This document shows positions 22,010-30,902 of a stretch of 64,000 bases of DNA, piece after piece. The number at the start of each line of letters is the position of its first letter. Positions within the stretch are counted from its first letter, which is position 1. Source of the stretch: an uncultured Candidatus Binatia bacterium (GTDB lineage Bacteria; Desulfobacterota; Binatia; UBA9968; JAJDTQ01); NCBI GenBank assembly GCA_965213675.1, contig OZ243916.1, positions 2,880,001-2,944,000 on the forward strand. Direction: 5' to 3'. Under the pieces are notes generated by a model, which had not been told where the DNA came from, made no database searches, and was given only the letters and a program-made list of their open reading frames with translations. Both the position numbers and the translations under genes were made by a program.

Positions 22010-22512
22010 AGCCCGCGCGCCTGCGCCACCATGTGGCCCAACTGCGGCAACAGCAGGCTCTTCATGGCGGTTTCCACGGCTCCGCGAGAACCCGGCAGGG
22101 AAACCACGATCCGGGGACCCACGGCGCCCGCCAGCGCGCGGCTCAACATGGCCGCGGCGCCGATCTCCTGGTAGCTCAGGGACCGGAACAACTCACCGAA
22201 CCCGTCGATGCGCTTTTCGATCAAGCCGCTCACCACCTCGTAGGTGCCGTCGCGAGGCGCGATGCCGGTGCCGCCGTTGAGCAGCACCACGTCCACGCCG
22301 TCTGCCGCCAACGCCCGTTTCAGGAGCGCGCGAATGTCATTGGGCTCGTCCTTGACGATTTCGTAGCCCGCCACCGCGTGCCCGTTGTCCTCCAGCATCC
22401 CCTTGATGGCGGCGCCGCTCCGGTCCGTCGAGGCATCACGCGTGTCACTCACGGTGATGACGAAGCAGGCCACGGTCTTGAGACTTCGATCAAAATGGGA
22501 CGGATCTGCCAT
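22006..22512 (-). CDS. moaB: Molybdenum cofactor biosynthesis protein MoaB/MogA
   Basis: ITVSDTR, DRSG, GGTGIAPRDGT, GFGELFR, LPGS. Confidence 0.9.
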   Translation of the reverse strand: MADPSHFDRSLKTVACFVITVSDTRDASTDRSGAAIKGMLEDNGHAVAGYEIVKDEPNDIRALLKRALAADGVDVVLLNGGTGIAPRDGTYEVVSGLIEKRIDGFGELFRSLSYQEIGAAAMLSRALAGAVGPRIVVSLPGSRGAVETAMKSLLLPQLGHMVAQARGL

Positions 22513-22578
22513 ACATTGCATCCAGAAAAATCGTATCCAGAAAATTTCTCGAACCCGCCGGACTTCACATTCATCCCA

Positions 22579-23685
22579 TCAAATCCGCATGGGCATGACC
22601 ACGTACAGAAGGCTGTCGTCGCCGCTGCGGCGCATGACCGTAGGGCTCTCGTCGTCCATCAGGGCCATCTCGACGTGATCGCCCTGCTCCATCACGTTCA
22701 GGATGTCCAGCAGGTACTGGGCATTGTAGCCGATGATGATGTGGTCGCCGTCGTACTCCGCGTCCACCTCCTCGGCCGCTTCCCCGAGATCCGGGTTGTT
22801 GGCGGAAATCCCGATGGCGCCGCCGCCCAACTCCACGCGGACGCCGCGGAAACGGTCGCTGGAGAGCAGCGACACCCGGCGCAACGCGCGAAAGAGCGTG
22901 GCTTGAACCACATCCGCCTGATTCTTGTTGTCGGCCGGGATAACCTTGTCGTAGTCGGGAAACTCGCCGTCGATAAGCCGGATCGACATCTCCACGTCCC
23001 CCTTCCACGCGAACACCATGTTCCCGGCAAAACCCAGGCTTACGGTGTCTTCGCCGGGATCTTCCAGCAGCCGCCGCAACTCCGCCAGCCCCTTGCGCGG
23101 GATGATCACGCCCTTCTCCAGGCTCAGCGGGCCGATTTCCCGCTGCACCAGGGACAGGCGATGACCGTCCGTGGTGACCATGCGCACCCGGTTGTCTTCC
23201 ATCTCGTGCAGCAGCGCGCCGTTCAGGTTGGATCGGGTCTCGTCCGTCGATATGGAGAAGATGGTCTTGTCGATCATCTCCTTCAACGCCAGCGCGGGGC
23301 ATTGCTTGCGCTCCGCCTCCTCGCTCGACACGAACGCGGGGAACTCGTGCGCGTCGAGACCTACCATCTTGAAGACCGACTTGCCGCTCTGTATCTCCAC
23401 CCGGTCGTTGTCGAGCCGCTTCAGGTCGATGAACTCCTCGGCCAGCTCGCGCACGATCTCGTAGAGCTTTCTGGCATCCACTGTGACGCTGCCCGCGGCG
23501 ATGATTTCGCCGTCGAGGCTGGCGCGCACCCCTACCTCGAGATCGGTGCCGGTGAGACGTATCCGATCACCGTGGGTCTCCACCAGTACGTTGGCCAGTA
23601 TCGGCATGGTGTTGCGTCGTTCCACCGTGCTCTGACTCCAATACAACGCATCCAGAAACACCTCACGTTTGGCTCGGATCTGCAT
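22579..23685 (-). CDS. dnaN: DNA polymerase III beta clamp
   Basis: PILANVL, TDLE, TDGHRL, RLIDGEFPDY, YVVMPMRI. Confidence 0.97.
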   Translation of the reverse strand: MQIRAKREVFLDALYWSQSTVERRNTMPILANVLVETHGDRIRLTGTDLEVGVRASLDGEIIAAGSVTVDARKLYEIVRELAEEFIDLKRLDNDRVEIQSGKSVFKMVGLDAHEFPAFVSSEEAERKQCPALALKEMIDKTIFSISTDETRSNLNGALLHEMEDNRVRMVTTDGHRLSLVQREIGPLSLEKGVIIPRKGLAELRRLLEDPGEDTVSLGFAGNMVFAWKGDVEMSIRLIDGEFPDYDKVIPADNKNQADVVQATLFRALRRVSLLSSDRFRGVRVELGGGAIGISANNPDLGEAAEEVDAEYDGDHIIIGYNAQYLLDILNVMEQGDHVEMALMDDESPTVMRRSGDDSLLYVVMPMRI

Positions 23686-23738
23686 TTATCCTCCAGTATC
23701 GCCGGCCCTCTTGTTTCTTCTCTATTCTTTAGAATCCC

Positions 23739-23907
23739 AGAAGTAGTAGAAGGGCCTGTGGATATCGGGATAGGCGTGGGAACCTGTCGTCATTAAAGCA
23801 CTTTTGCGGTGGAAAAAAAAATGCGGCCATGCCCATTGTCAAGATGGGCTGGCCGCGAGAGCGCTGAACTTCCCTGGTTTTTCACAGGCTCTGTCAGGTT
23901 GTCCACA
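23739..23907 (-). other. oriC part 1: DnaA boxes and DnaA-trio unwinding site between dnaA and dnaN
   Basis: Minus strand ATATCCACA-GGCC-CTTCTACTACTTCT (23765-23739); TTGTCCACA at 23899, TTTTTCACA at 23877. Confidence 0.8.
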
Positions 23908-23916
23908 GCATGTCCA

Positions 23917-25236
23917 CTAACCATCAAGCTGGCGCTCCAGGCGTTCCACCGTGGCCTTGATCTCGGGGTCGGTGGTGGTCTTCCTCGCGATGGTCTTGGA
24001 GGCATGGATGACCGTGGAGTGGTCGCGTCCGCCGAACTCGGCTCCGATGGCGGGATAGGACGTGGCCGTGTACTTGCGGCACAGGTACATGGCCACCTGG
24101 CGCGCGACGGCGACCTTCTTGGTGCGCTGCTTGGACTTGAGGTCGCTGATCTTGACGTCGAAGTGGTCGCAGATGGCTTTCTGGATGTTGCGTACGGTGA
24201 CTTTCTTCTCGTTCTCCTTCAGCGTGTGCTTCAATGCCTCCTTGGCGAGATCAATGGTGATGTCGACCCGGGTGAGCGAGGCAAAGGCGCCGAGGCGCGT
24301 GAGGGAGCCTTCCAGTTCCCGGACGTTGGAGCGGATGTGGGTGGCGAGAAAGTCCGCGACCTCGCGCGGCAGATCAATCTCTTCCTCTTCGGCTTTCTTG
24401 ATGAGAATGGCGATGCGAGTCTCGGTGTCCGGCGGCTGGATGTCGGCGGTCAGCCCCCACTCGAACCGGTTTCGCAGCCGGTCTTCCAGATCCGGGATCT
24501 GCTTGGGAAAACGATCCGACGTGAGGATGATCTGCTTGTGGTTCTCGTAGAGCGAATTGAACGTGTGGAAGAACTCTTCCTGGGTGCGCTCCTTGCCGGC
24601 GAGGAACTGGATGTCATCGAGGATGAGCACGTCGATGCTGCGGAAGTGGCTCTTGAACTCGTTCATGCGGTCGCGACGAAGGGAAGCGATCAGGCGGTTC
24701 ATGAACGACTCGGAGGTCGTGTAGACCACCTTTTGACCGGGGAGATGCTCCCGCAAGCGGTTTCCCAAGGCATTGACCAGGTGGGTCTTGCCCAGGCCCA
24801 CGCCGCCGTAGATGAACAGCGGGTTGTAGTGTTCCGCAGGTCGGCTGGCCACCGCCAGGCACGCGGCATGAGCGAACTGGTTGCTGGTGCCGACAACGAA
24901 GTTGTCGAAGGTATAGCGCGGAATCAGCGTCGACGAATCCGCTGGCGCTGGCGCTGGCGTGGGCTTGGGTGGAGGAGGCGCGTGATGGGCGGCCCGCGAC
25001 GGATTGACCGACAGGCCCACGGCGACGTTCTCGCCGTAGTAACGGCTGAACTCCTCCTTGATGGCGTCGACGTAGTTCTCGTTCAGCCAATCGCGAAACA
25101 AGGTGCTGGGGACTTCGATGGTGACCTCGCCGCTGGCGCTCATGTCGAGCGTCAAGGGTTTGATCCATGTATCGAAATCGTGTAAGCCGAGCCTTTCCTT
25201 CAACCGGTTCCGGATGTCACGGGGAAGCTTTTTCAT
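23917..25236 (-). CDS. dnaA: Chromosomal replication initiator DnaA
   Basis: YTFDNFV, YGGVGLGKTHL, DDIQFL, FGGRDHSTV. Confidence 0.98.
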   Translation of the reverse strand: MKKLPRDIRNRLKERLGLHDFDTWIKPLTLDMSASGEVTIEVPSTLFRDWLNENYVDAIKEEFSRYYGENVAVGLSVNPSRAAHHAPPPPKPTPAPAPADSSTLIPRYTFDNFVVGTSNQFAHAACLAVASRPAEHYNPLFIYGGVGLGKTHLVNALGNRLREHLPGQKVVYTTSESFMNRLIASLRRDRMNEFKSHFRSIDVLILDDIQFLAGKERTQEEFFHTFNSLYENHKQIILTSDRFPKQIPDLEDRLRNRFEWGLTADIQPPDTETRIAILIKKAEEEEIDLPREVADFLATHIRSNVRELEGSLTRLGAFASLTRVDITIDLAKEALKHTLKENEKKVTVRNIQKAICDHFDVKISDLKSKQRTKKVAVARQVAMYLCRKYTATSYPAIGAEFGGRDHSTVIHASKTIARKTTTDPEIKATVERLERQLDG

Positions 25237-25273
25237 TGTATTGATGCAGAGTTAGAGTGCTTTCGTGACGTGG

Positions 25274-25304
25274 TTGTCAACAAAATTATCCACAATGTGG
25301 ACAA
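25274..25304. promoter_or_regulatory. DnaA box cluster upstream of dnaA (oriC part 2 / autoregulation)
   Basis: TTGTCAACA 25274, perfect TTATCCACA 25286, inverted TGTGGACAA 25296. Confidence 0.85.
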
Positions 25305-25591
25305 CTCACTGTCCTGGTCCCGGATTCAGGCCATAGTGAAACCCGGAACCCCGCCGAGGTCCTTGTGGAGGCGGTGAGTGTTCAGCCCATTGAGTCTTGC
25401 CATGTATCCGAAGAAACCGTCCTCTTAATGGTTTCGGCGGCGGTTTGCAATGCCAAAAATGAGGTTGTCTTTTTCTGCAACAAAATCGGGGGAGTGCCCG
25501 TCCCCGGTGTTCGGGTGGAGTCGGGGGACGGCCAAGGCCGGGGTTCGCGGGCATCCGCAGGGGAGCCCGGAGCGAGCCCACGAGGTGTCCC

Positions 25592-26893
25592 GTGGATAAT
25601 CGCCCCAGGCCCACCACGGCGGATTGGGTCCAACGTTCGCGGCAGGTGGTTCCCGGCGGTGTCAACAGTCCGGTGCGGGCATGGAACGCCGTGGGCGGCG
25701 ACCCCCTGTATATCGCCCGTGCCCGGGGATCGCGCATCATTGATCAGGAAGGGCGGGAGTACATCGACTACGTGTGCGCCTGGGGACCGCTCATATTGGG
25801 GCATGCCCCTGCCGGAGTGGTGCAGGCCCTGGTCGAGGCGGTGCCGGATGGGACCGGATTCGGCGCTCCCACCGCAAGGGAGGTCGAGTTGGCGGAACTC
25901 GTCAGCGCGCGCACCGGCATCGAACAGTTGCGTCTGGTGAATTCGGGGACGGAGGCCACCATGAGCGCCATCCGCCTCGCGCGCGGTTACACCGGGCGCC
26001 CCAAGGTGCTGAAGTTCGACGGTTGCTACCACGGCCACGTCGATGCCCTTCTGGCCAAGGCCGGTTCGGGCATGGAGAGCTTCTCGCTGCCCGACAGCGC
26101 GGGGGTGCCGGAGAGCTTCACGTCCCACACCTTGCTGGCGCGTTTCAACGATGCGGACTCCGTGCGCAGTGTGGTGGAGGGGCATCGCGGGGAGGTGGCC
26201 GCGGTGATCGTCGAACCGATATGCGGGAACATGGGGGTGATCCCGCCGGCGCCGGGTTTTCTTGAGGCATTGCGGGAGCTTACGGCCCATCACGGGATTG
26301 TGCTGATCTTCGACGAGGTCATCACGGGCTTCAGGGTGGCGCGCGGCGGCGCCCGGGAACGCTATGCGGTGATGCCGGACCTCACCTGCCTGGGCAAGGT
26401 GCTGGGCGGGGGGTTGCCGGTGGGGGCGTTCGGCGGACCGCGGGACATCATGGCGCGGCTGGCCCCGCAAGGCCCGGTGTACCAGGCGGGCACCCTGTCC
26501 GGGAACCCGGTCACGGTGACGGCGGGCCTGGCCACGCTCAAGGCTCTGGAGAAGCCGGACACGTACCGGGAGCTGGAAGAGAAGGGCCGGATGCTGGAGG
26601 CCGGGCTCCGGCAGGTGCTGGCCCGCGGCGTACCGGGGACGGTCAACCGCGTGGGCTCCATGCTGACCCTGTTCCTGGGACCCGGGCGTGTGACGTCGCC
26701 GGATGACGCCCGCACATGCGACCGCGAACGCTTCGCGCGCTTCTTTCACGGCATGCTGGCGCGCGGCGTCTACCTGCCGCCCTCCCAGTTCGAGACGTGG
26801 TTCGTGTCCCTGGCCCACAGCGAGGAGGACATCGCCGCCACCGTGGCGGCCTTCGCCGACTGGGCCGAGGAGGACGGAGCAGCCCGGGGTTGA
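25592..26893 (+). CDS. hemL: Glutamate-1-semialdehyde 2,1-aminomutase
   Basis: PGGVNSPVRA, VNSGTEATMSAIRLARG, DEVITGFR, YQAGTLSGNP. Confidence 0.96.
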   Translation: MDNRPRPTTADWVQRSRQVVPGGVNSPVRAWNAVGGDPLYIARARGSRIIDQEGREYIDYVCAWGPLILGHAPAGVVQALVEAVPDGTGFGAPTAREVELAELVSARTGIEQLRLVNSGTEATMSAIRLARGYTGRPKVLKFDGCYHGHVDALLAKAGSGMESFSLPDSAGVPESFTSHTLLARFNDADSVRSVVEGHRGEVAAVIVEPICGNMGVIPPAPGFLEALRELTAHHGIVLIFDEVITGFRVARGGARERYAVMPDLTCLGKVLGGGLPVGAFGGPRDIMARLAPQGPVYQAGTLSGNPVTVTAGLATLKALEKPDTYRELEEKGRMLEAGLRQVLARGVPGTVNRVGSMLTLFLGPGRVTSPDDARTCDRERFARFFHGMLARGVYLPPSQFETWFVSLAHSEEDIAATVAAFADWAEEDGAARG

Positions 26894-26929
26894 GCCACCG
26901 GCGTAGCCATCGGTCCCTTCACCGCGGCG

Positions 26930-27235
26930 TTGACCGGTGCGCACGCGCATGTTAGAAAACCGATTGCAGTGAGTGATGCACAGGAGGGCCGGGACGGGCC
27001 ACCCGCCAAGAACGCTGTTGCCAAGAGCCCGGTTCTCTTCCGGGCCGCCAAATACACCGCCATCGGATTCGAGTTTCCCACCACGGTAGGAGCCGGCTTG
27101 GTGCTTGGACACTATGCGGACGCCTACTTCGGAAGCTCGCCCTGGATGGTGCTGGTGATGGGGCTCCTGGGGCTCGTGGTGGCGTTTTACCGGCTCGTGT
27201 TGCTCTTGCGGCATTTCGCCAGGGAGCGCGGATGA
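26930..27235 (+). CDS. AtpZ/AtpI family protein
   Basis: Two TM helices with GHYADAYFGSSPW; first gene of F0 operon; start uncertain. Confidence 0.75.
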   Translation: MTGAHAHVRKPIAVSDAQEGRDGPPAKNAVAKSPVLFRAAKYTAIGFEFPTTVGAGLVLGHYADAYFGSSPWMVLVMGLLGLVVAFYRLVLLLRHFARERG

Positions 27236-27606
27236 GTTGGGAAGCGACCGGGCTCCCGGTCTGGCGCGTGGAGTTGTGGCACGGCCTGCTGGTGGCCGCT
27301 TTCCTGGCGCTCGTGCCGCTGAATTGGTTGGAGCCCGGCGGGCTCCTGCTGGGCGGGCTCTTCATGGGGCTGAACTTCCTGCTCCTTGCGGTGGGTATAC
27401 GGTGGGTGATTACCCCGTTCGCCAGCAAGGGGCGGGTTCGGGCGGGGATTTTCCTGCTGGTCTTCAAGTTCTGCCTCCTGCTGGGCGCCTCCTGGTTGTT
27501 GCTGACCCGCATTTCCCCGGACGCGGTGTCGTTCGCGGTGGGGGTCAACTGCCTGATCCTTGCCATCCTGTGGGATCGGCTCTACGATACGGCGATCAGC
27601 AGGTAG
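27232..27606 (+). CDS. atpI: ATP synthase subunit I
   Basis: Four-TM hydrophobic protein (GLNFLLL, VFKF) upstream of atpB. Confidence 0.75.
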   Translation: MSWEATGLPVWRVELWHGLLVAAFLALVPLNWLEPGGLLLGGLFMGLNFLLLAVGIRWVITPFASKGRVRAGIFLLVFKFCLLLGASWLLLTRISPDAVSFAVGVNCLILAILWDRLYDTAISR

Positions 27607-27775
27607 TGTCGTGTCCCGTAGATTCCTGCGACAAGTAGCGCAGGAATAATTTGTTGTCGGCACGGCGCGATGACGAGCAGTGGCGGGCACCACACGAGGA
27701 AGAGCCACGCAGCCGACGGCGAAACAGACCCGCACATTATCGCAGTAATTTGCAGTAATCTACGGGACACGGCAC
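27606..27775. mobile_element. MITE family B, complete copy (170 bp)
   Basis: Terminal inverted repeats GTGTCGTGTCCCGTAGATT / AATCTACGGGACACGGCAC (18/19); homologous copy at 58302. Confidence 0.85.
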
Positions 27776-27785
27776 CAGGTCATCG

Positions 27786-28487
27786 ATGGGACATCATCCA
27801 TTCACATGGTACGATTTGGTACCCGGCTTCCTGCAGGGGCTGGTGCCCTTGCAGATCTTCTTCTCGCTGGTGAGCATGGCGCTGCTGGTGTGTCTGTCGC
27901 TGGCCGCGCGGCGCCGGCTGCTGGACGCGCGCGACGCGGTCATTCCCAGCGACCGGATCACCCTGGTCAACATTTTCGAGCTTCTGATCGAGTTCGTCAC
28001 GAGCCTGAGTGACAGCATCATCGGGCACCATGGCCGGCGCTACCTCTCGCTCTACGGGACGTTCTTCATCTTCATTCTGCTATCCAACTTCATCGGGCTC
28101 GTGCCGGGATTCTCCCCGCCCACGAGCAACCTCAACATCACCCTTGGCTTGGGGCTGGTTTCGTTCGGCGCCTACCACTACTTCGGCGTGCGCGAGCACG
28201 GCGGCGCCTATCTCAAGCAGTTCATGGGTCCGTTCCTGATCATCGCGCCGCTGTTCTTCCTGATCGAGATGTTCTCGCACATGTTCCGTCCGCTCACCCT
28301 GGGCCTGCGGCTCGCCTTCAACATGTTCGCCGACCACTTGGTGGTGGAGATCTTCACCGGCCTGACCTACGTGGTGATCCCGGTGCTGTTCTATCTCTTG
28401 GGGGCCTTGGTATCGGTCATTCAGGCCTTCGTTTTCACACTCTTGAGCATGATCTATGCGTCTCTGGCCTTGAGCCACGATCATTGA
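27786..28487 (+). CDS. atpB: F0 ATP synthase subunit a
   Basis: NFIGLVPG, RPLTLGLRLAFNM, IQAFVFTLLSMIY. Confidence 0.95.
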   Translation: MGHHPFTWYDLVPGFLQGLVPLQIFFSLVSMALLVCLSLAARRRLLDARDAVIPSDRITLVNIFELLIEFVTSLSDSIIGHHGRRYLSLYGTFFIFILLSNFIGLVPGFSPPTSNLNITLGLGLVSFGAYHYFGVREHGGAYLKQFMGPFLIIAPLFFLIEMFSHMFRPLTLGLRLAFNMFADHLVVEIFTGLTYVVIPVLFYLLGALVSVIQAFVFTLLSMIYASLALSHDH

Positions 28488-28565
28488 CGCCGCGGTTTGC
28501 CGGCCGGAGAGGATGAAGAGGAGAAGCTGGCGGCAACGGCCTCGGCGCCGGAAAGGAGAAAAAGG

Positions 28566-28892
28566 ATGAAGCAACTCACAGCCTTCGTATTGACGGGACT
28601 CTTCACGCTGCTGCTGTCGGGTGTGGCCCTTGCGGCAGACGCCGCGGGCGGCAGTTCGGCCAGCCTGGTCCCGGGTATCGTCGCACTGGGCGCCGGTCTC
28701 GGCATTGCCATCGCCGCGTTCGGTTGCGCCCTCGCGCAAGGCCGGGTGGGTGGCGCGGCCATGGAGAGCATTGGCCGCAACCCCAATTCCGCCGACAAGA
28801 TCTTCACGCCGTTGATCCTGTCGCTGGCCCTCATCGAAGCGCTGGGCATCTACGCCCTGATCATCGCCTTCCTGCTCGCAGGCAAGGTTTGA
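28566..28892 (+). CDS. atpE: F0 ATP synthase subunit c with N-terminal extension
   Basis: GAGLGIAIAAFG, GRNP loop, LALIEALGIY. Confidence 0.93.
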   Translation: MKQLTAFVLTGLFTLLLSGVALAADAAGGSSASLVPGIVALGAGLGIAIAAFGCALAQGRVGGAAMESIGRNPNSADKIFTPLILSLALIEALGIYALIIAFLLAGKV

Positions 28893-28932
28893 CCGTTTCC
28901 GCGCCGCCGCATCGGGCGGCGCGAGGACACTG

Positions 28933-28971
28933 AAAAGGCAGGGGCTGTCATTGACGGCCCCTGCCTTTTTT
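28933..28971. terminator. Intrinsic, probably bidirectional terminator
   Basis: AAAAGGCAGGGGCTGTCA-T-TGACGGCCCCTGCCTTTTTT between convergent genes. Confidence 0.85.
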
Positions 28972-29102
28972 CGGCGCGGGCGCCCCGGCGCCTGTCGCAG
29001 CGGTGGGCAGTGTGCCGCGAGGCATGGAAAGGGTCCGTGCAGGGGCGACGGGCGGTGGCCCTTGTGACGGATTCTCTGAACAGGGCCACTGGCTGGCCGC
29101 CC

Positions 29103-29564
29103 CTACACGGGCATGGCCACGGGGTGCAGTCTCACGCCGGTGTGTTCGAGGATGTCCGCCACGGTGTCGAGCTTGTACGGTTTCTCGTAGAAGATGTCGC
29201 CGATTCCCGTGTTCACCAGCACCTTGAGGCAATGGATGCACGGGGTATGGGTGATGTAGATGGAGGCGTCCTTGATGCTGGCGCCGTTCTTGGCGGCTTG
29301 GGCGATGGCGTTGATCTCGGCGTGGATGGTGCGGAAGCAGTTCCGCTCCATCTCGCCGTCCGGGTTTCTGGACTCATAGACGAGACAGCCCACCTCCGTG
29401 CAGTGGGGCATGCCCGCGGGCGAGCCATTGTAGCCCGTGGCCAGGATGCTCCGGTCCCGGACGATCACCGCCCCCACCTTGGCGCGGGTGCACGTGGAAC
29501 GTTCGGCCACCTGCCGTGTGATGGTCATGAAGTATTGATCCCAACTCAGCCGTTCGTCTGCCAT
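29103..29564 (-). CDS. dCMP deaminase / ComEB family protein
   Basis: SWDQYF, RSTC, ATGYNG, HAEINA, PCIHC. Confidence 0.92.
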   Translation of the reverse strand: MADERLSWDQYFMTITRQVAERSTCTRAKVGAVIVRDRSILATGYNGSPAGMPHCTEVGCLVYESRNPDGEMERNCFRTIHAEINAIAQAAKNGASIKDASIYITHTPCIHCLKVLVNTGIGDIFYEKPYKLDTVADILEHTGVRLHPVAMPV

Positions 29565-29630
29565 CGCCGCCTCCGTGACCGTTTCCGGCCCTTCCATTCC
29601 ACGGGGCCGCCCGTGGAACGGAATGCCACA

Positions 29631-30434
29631 TCAAGCGCTCTCCAGAAGCACCGGTGTACCGACCCGCGCACCGAGACCGGACCGGGCATCGCCTTCGCAC
29701 CGGGAAATCTCCAGGCGCCCCCAGCTATTGAACAGGACGAGGTAGTTGCCGGCGCCGGCCGAGGCGTAGTTGGCGGACAGGCCCCGGATCACATGGCCGG
29801 CGATGCGCACGGACACGGACGCCGGGGCGAGCGCCTCGAGGTCTTCGCCGCGGATGTTGGTAGTCAGGTTGCCGAAACCGTCGATGTAGATCACCTCGCC
29901 GGCGATGCTGCCCGGATGCCGTCTTTGCGGTTCCGGCACCTTGAGGACTGCGAAACTTTCAACGGTTTGTCCCAGCTTCTCGGACGGCGCCCCGGCGGAC
30001 AAGTGGGCGGCGACGGGCGCGAACACGTCGCGGCCGTGGAACGTGGCGCTCGTGGGGTGCAGGTGGTAGTCCGGATTGGACAGGTGGATCACCCGGGCCA
30101 GCCGTTGCCGGCCCGCGGCGACGCTCAACAGCCCGTTGTCCGGGCCGATGTAACAGGCGCGGTCGGTCTCCACGAGAATGGGGCGCCGCCGGCTCCCCAC
30201 CCCTGGATCCACCACCGCCACGTGAATGGCGCCCGAGGGGAAGAAGTCCACCGCGGCCGCCAGCGCCAGCGCGCCGCCCGTTACGTCCTGCGGGGTCACG
30301 CCGTGGGTCAGGTCGATGATGGCGACCGCCGGGTTGATGGCGTGAATGACCCCCTTCATGATGCCCACGAAGGCGTCCCGGTAACCGAAATCGGTGGTGA
30401 GGGTGATGACACGTGCGGCCGGTGTGTTCGTCAT
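29631..30434 (-). CDS. SAM hydroxide adenosyltransferase / chlorinase-fluorinase (DUF62) family
   Basis: ITLTTDFG, VVDPGVGS, GPDNG, TFHGRDVFAP, IDGFGN. Confidence 0.92.
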   Translation of the reverse strand: MTNTPAARVITLTTDFGYRDAFVGIMKGVIHAINPAVAIIDLTHGVTPQDVTGGALALAAAVDFFPSGAIHVAVVDPGVGSRRRPILVETDRACYIGPDNGLLSVAAGRQRLARVIHLSNPDYHLHPTSATFHGRDVFAPVAAHLSAGAPSEKLGQTVESFAVLKVPEPQRRHPGSIAGEVIYIDGFGNLTTNIRGEDLEALAPASVSVRIAGHVIRGLSANYASAGAGNYLVLFNSWGRLEISRCEGDARSGLGARVGTPVLLESA

Positions 30435-30467
30435 CGGCTCAGGCAGTCCCTCGGGAAAGGCGCCGGG

Positions 30468-30902
30468 TCACGAGTCGCTCTCCATGGGGTAGCCCTTGTC
30501 GGTCCATCCAGGCAACCCCTCGTACAACACTCTCATGTTGCGGTAGCCCTGCTTGTGAAGAATCTGGTAGGCCAGACTGGCCAGGTGGCGGGGGCACTGT
30601 CAATAGAGTACGACGAGGCCCTCCTTCGGCACGGCGGCGCCTCGGTAGAAGGCGCCCAGCGGTATCGAGACGGCTCCCTTGATGTGCCCGTCCCCATAGC
30701 TTCGAGGTTGCCGCACGTCCACGATGGTGAGGGGTTTGCGGTCGAGGATATGCTCAACCAACGTGTCCACGTGGATGTACTGGATCGCGATCTTGTCCGA
30801 GGGCTCCACCTTGGCGTACTCAGGATAGCTCCCGGGGTCGCCCCAGGCGGATGCCGCGACCATCAGCAGCCACACGGTCAGAGCGATCCGGATTCGCCGC
30901 AT
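30468..30902 (-). CDS. Secreted rhodanese-domain protein with in-frame UGA (probable selenocysteine)
   Basis: Signal peptide, IVDVRQ...GHIKGA, VVLY-TGA(30602-30600)-QCPRHLA...GYRNMRVLYEGLPGWTDKGYP; domain continues 43 codons past TGA. Confidence 0.85.
30570..30582 (-). promoter_or_regulatory. Candidate bacterial SECIS hairpin
   Basis: GGCCA-GUC-UGGCC beginning 18 nt after the UGA, G-first apical loop. Confidence 0.5.

Noticed and set aside
26930-28892. atp operon lacking b and F1 subunits
   Set aside because: Split F0/F1 operons are common in several lineages; not novel
29631-30434. Possible fluorinase/chlorinase
   Set aside because: The HGRD motif and housekeeping context fit the widespread SAM hydroxide adenosyltransferase; no halometabolite cluster
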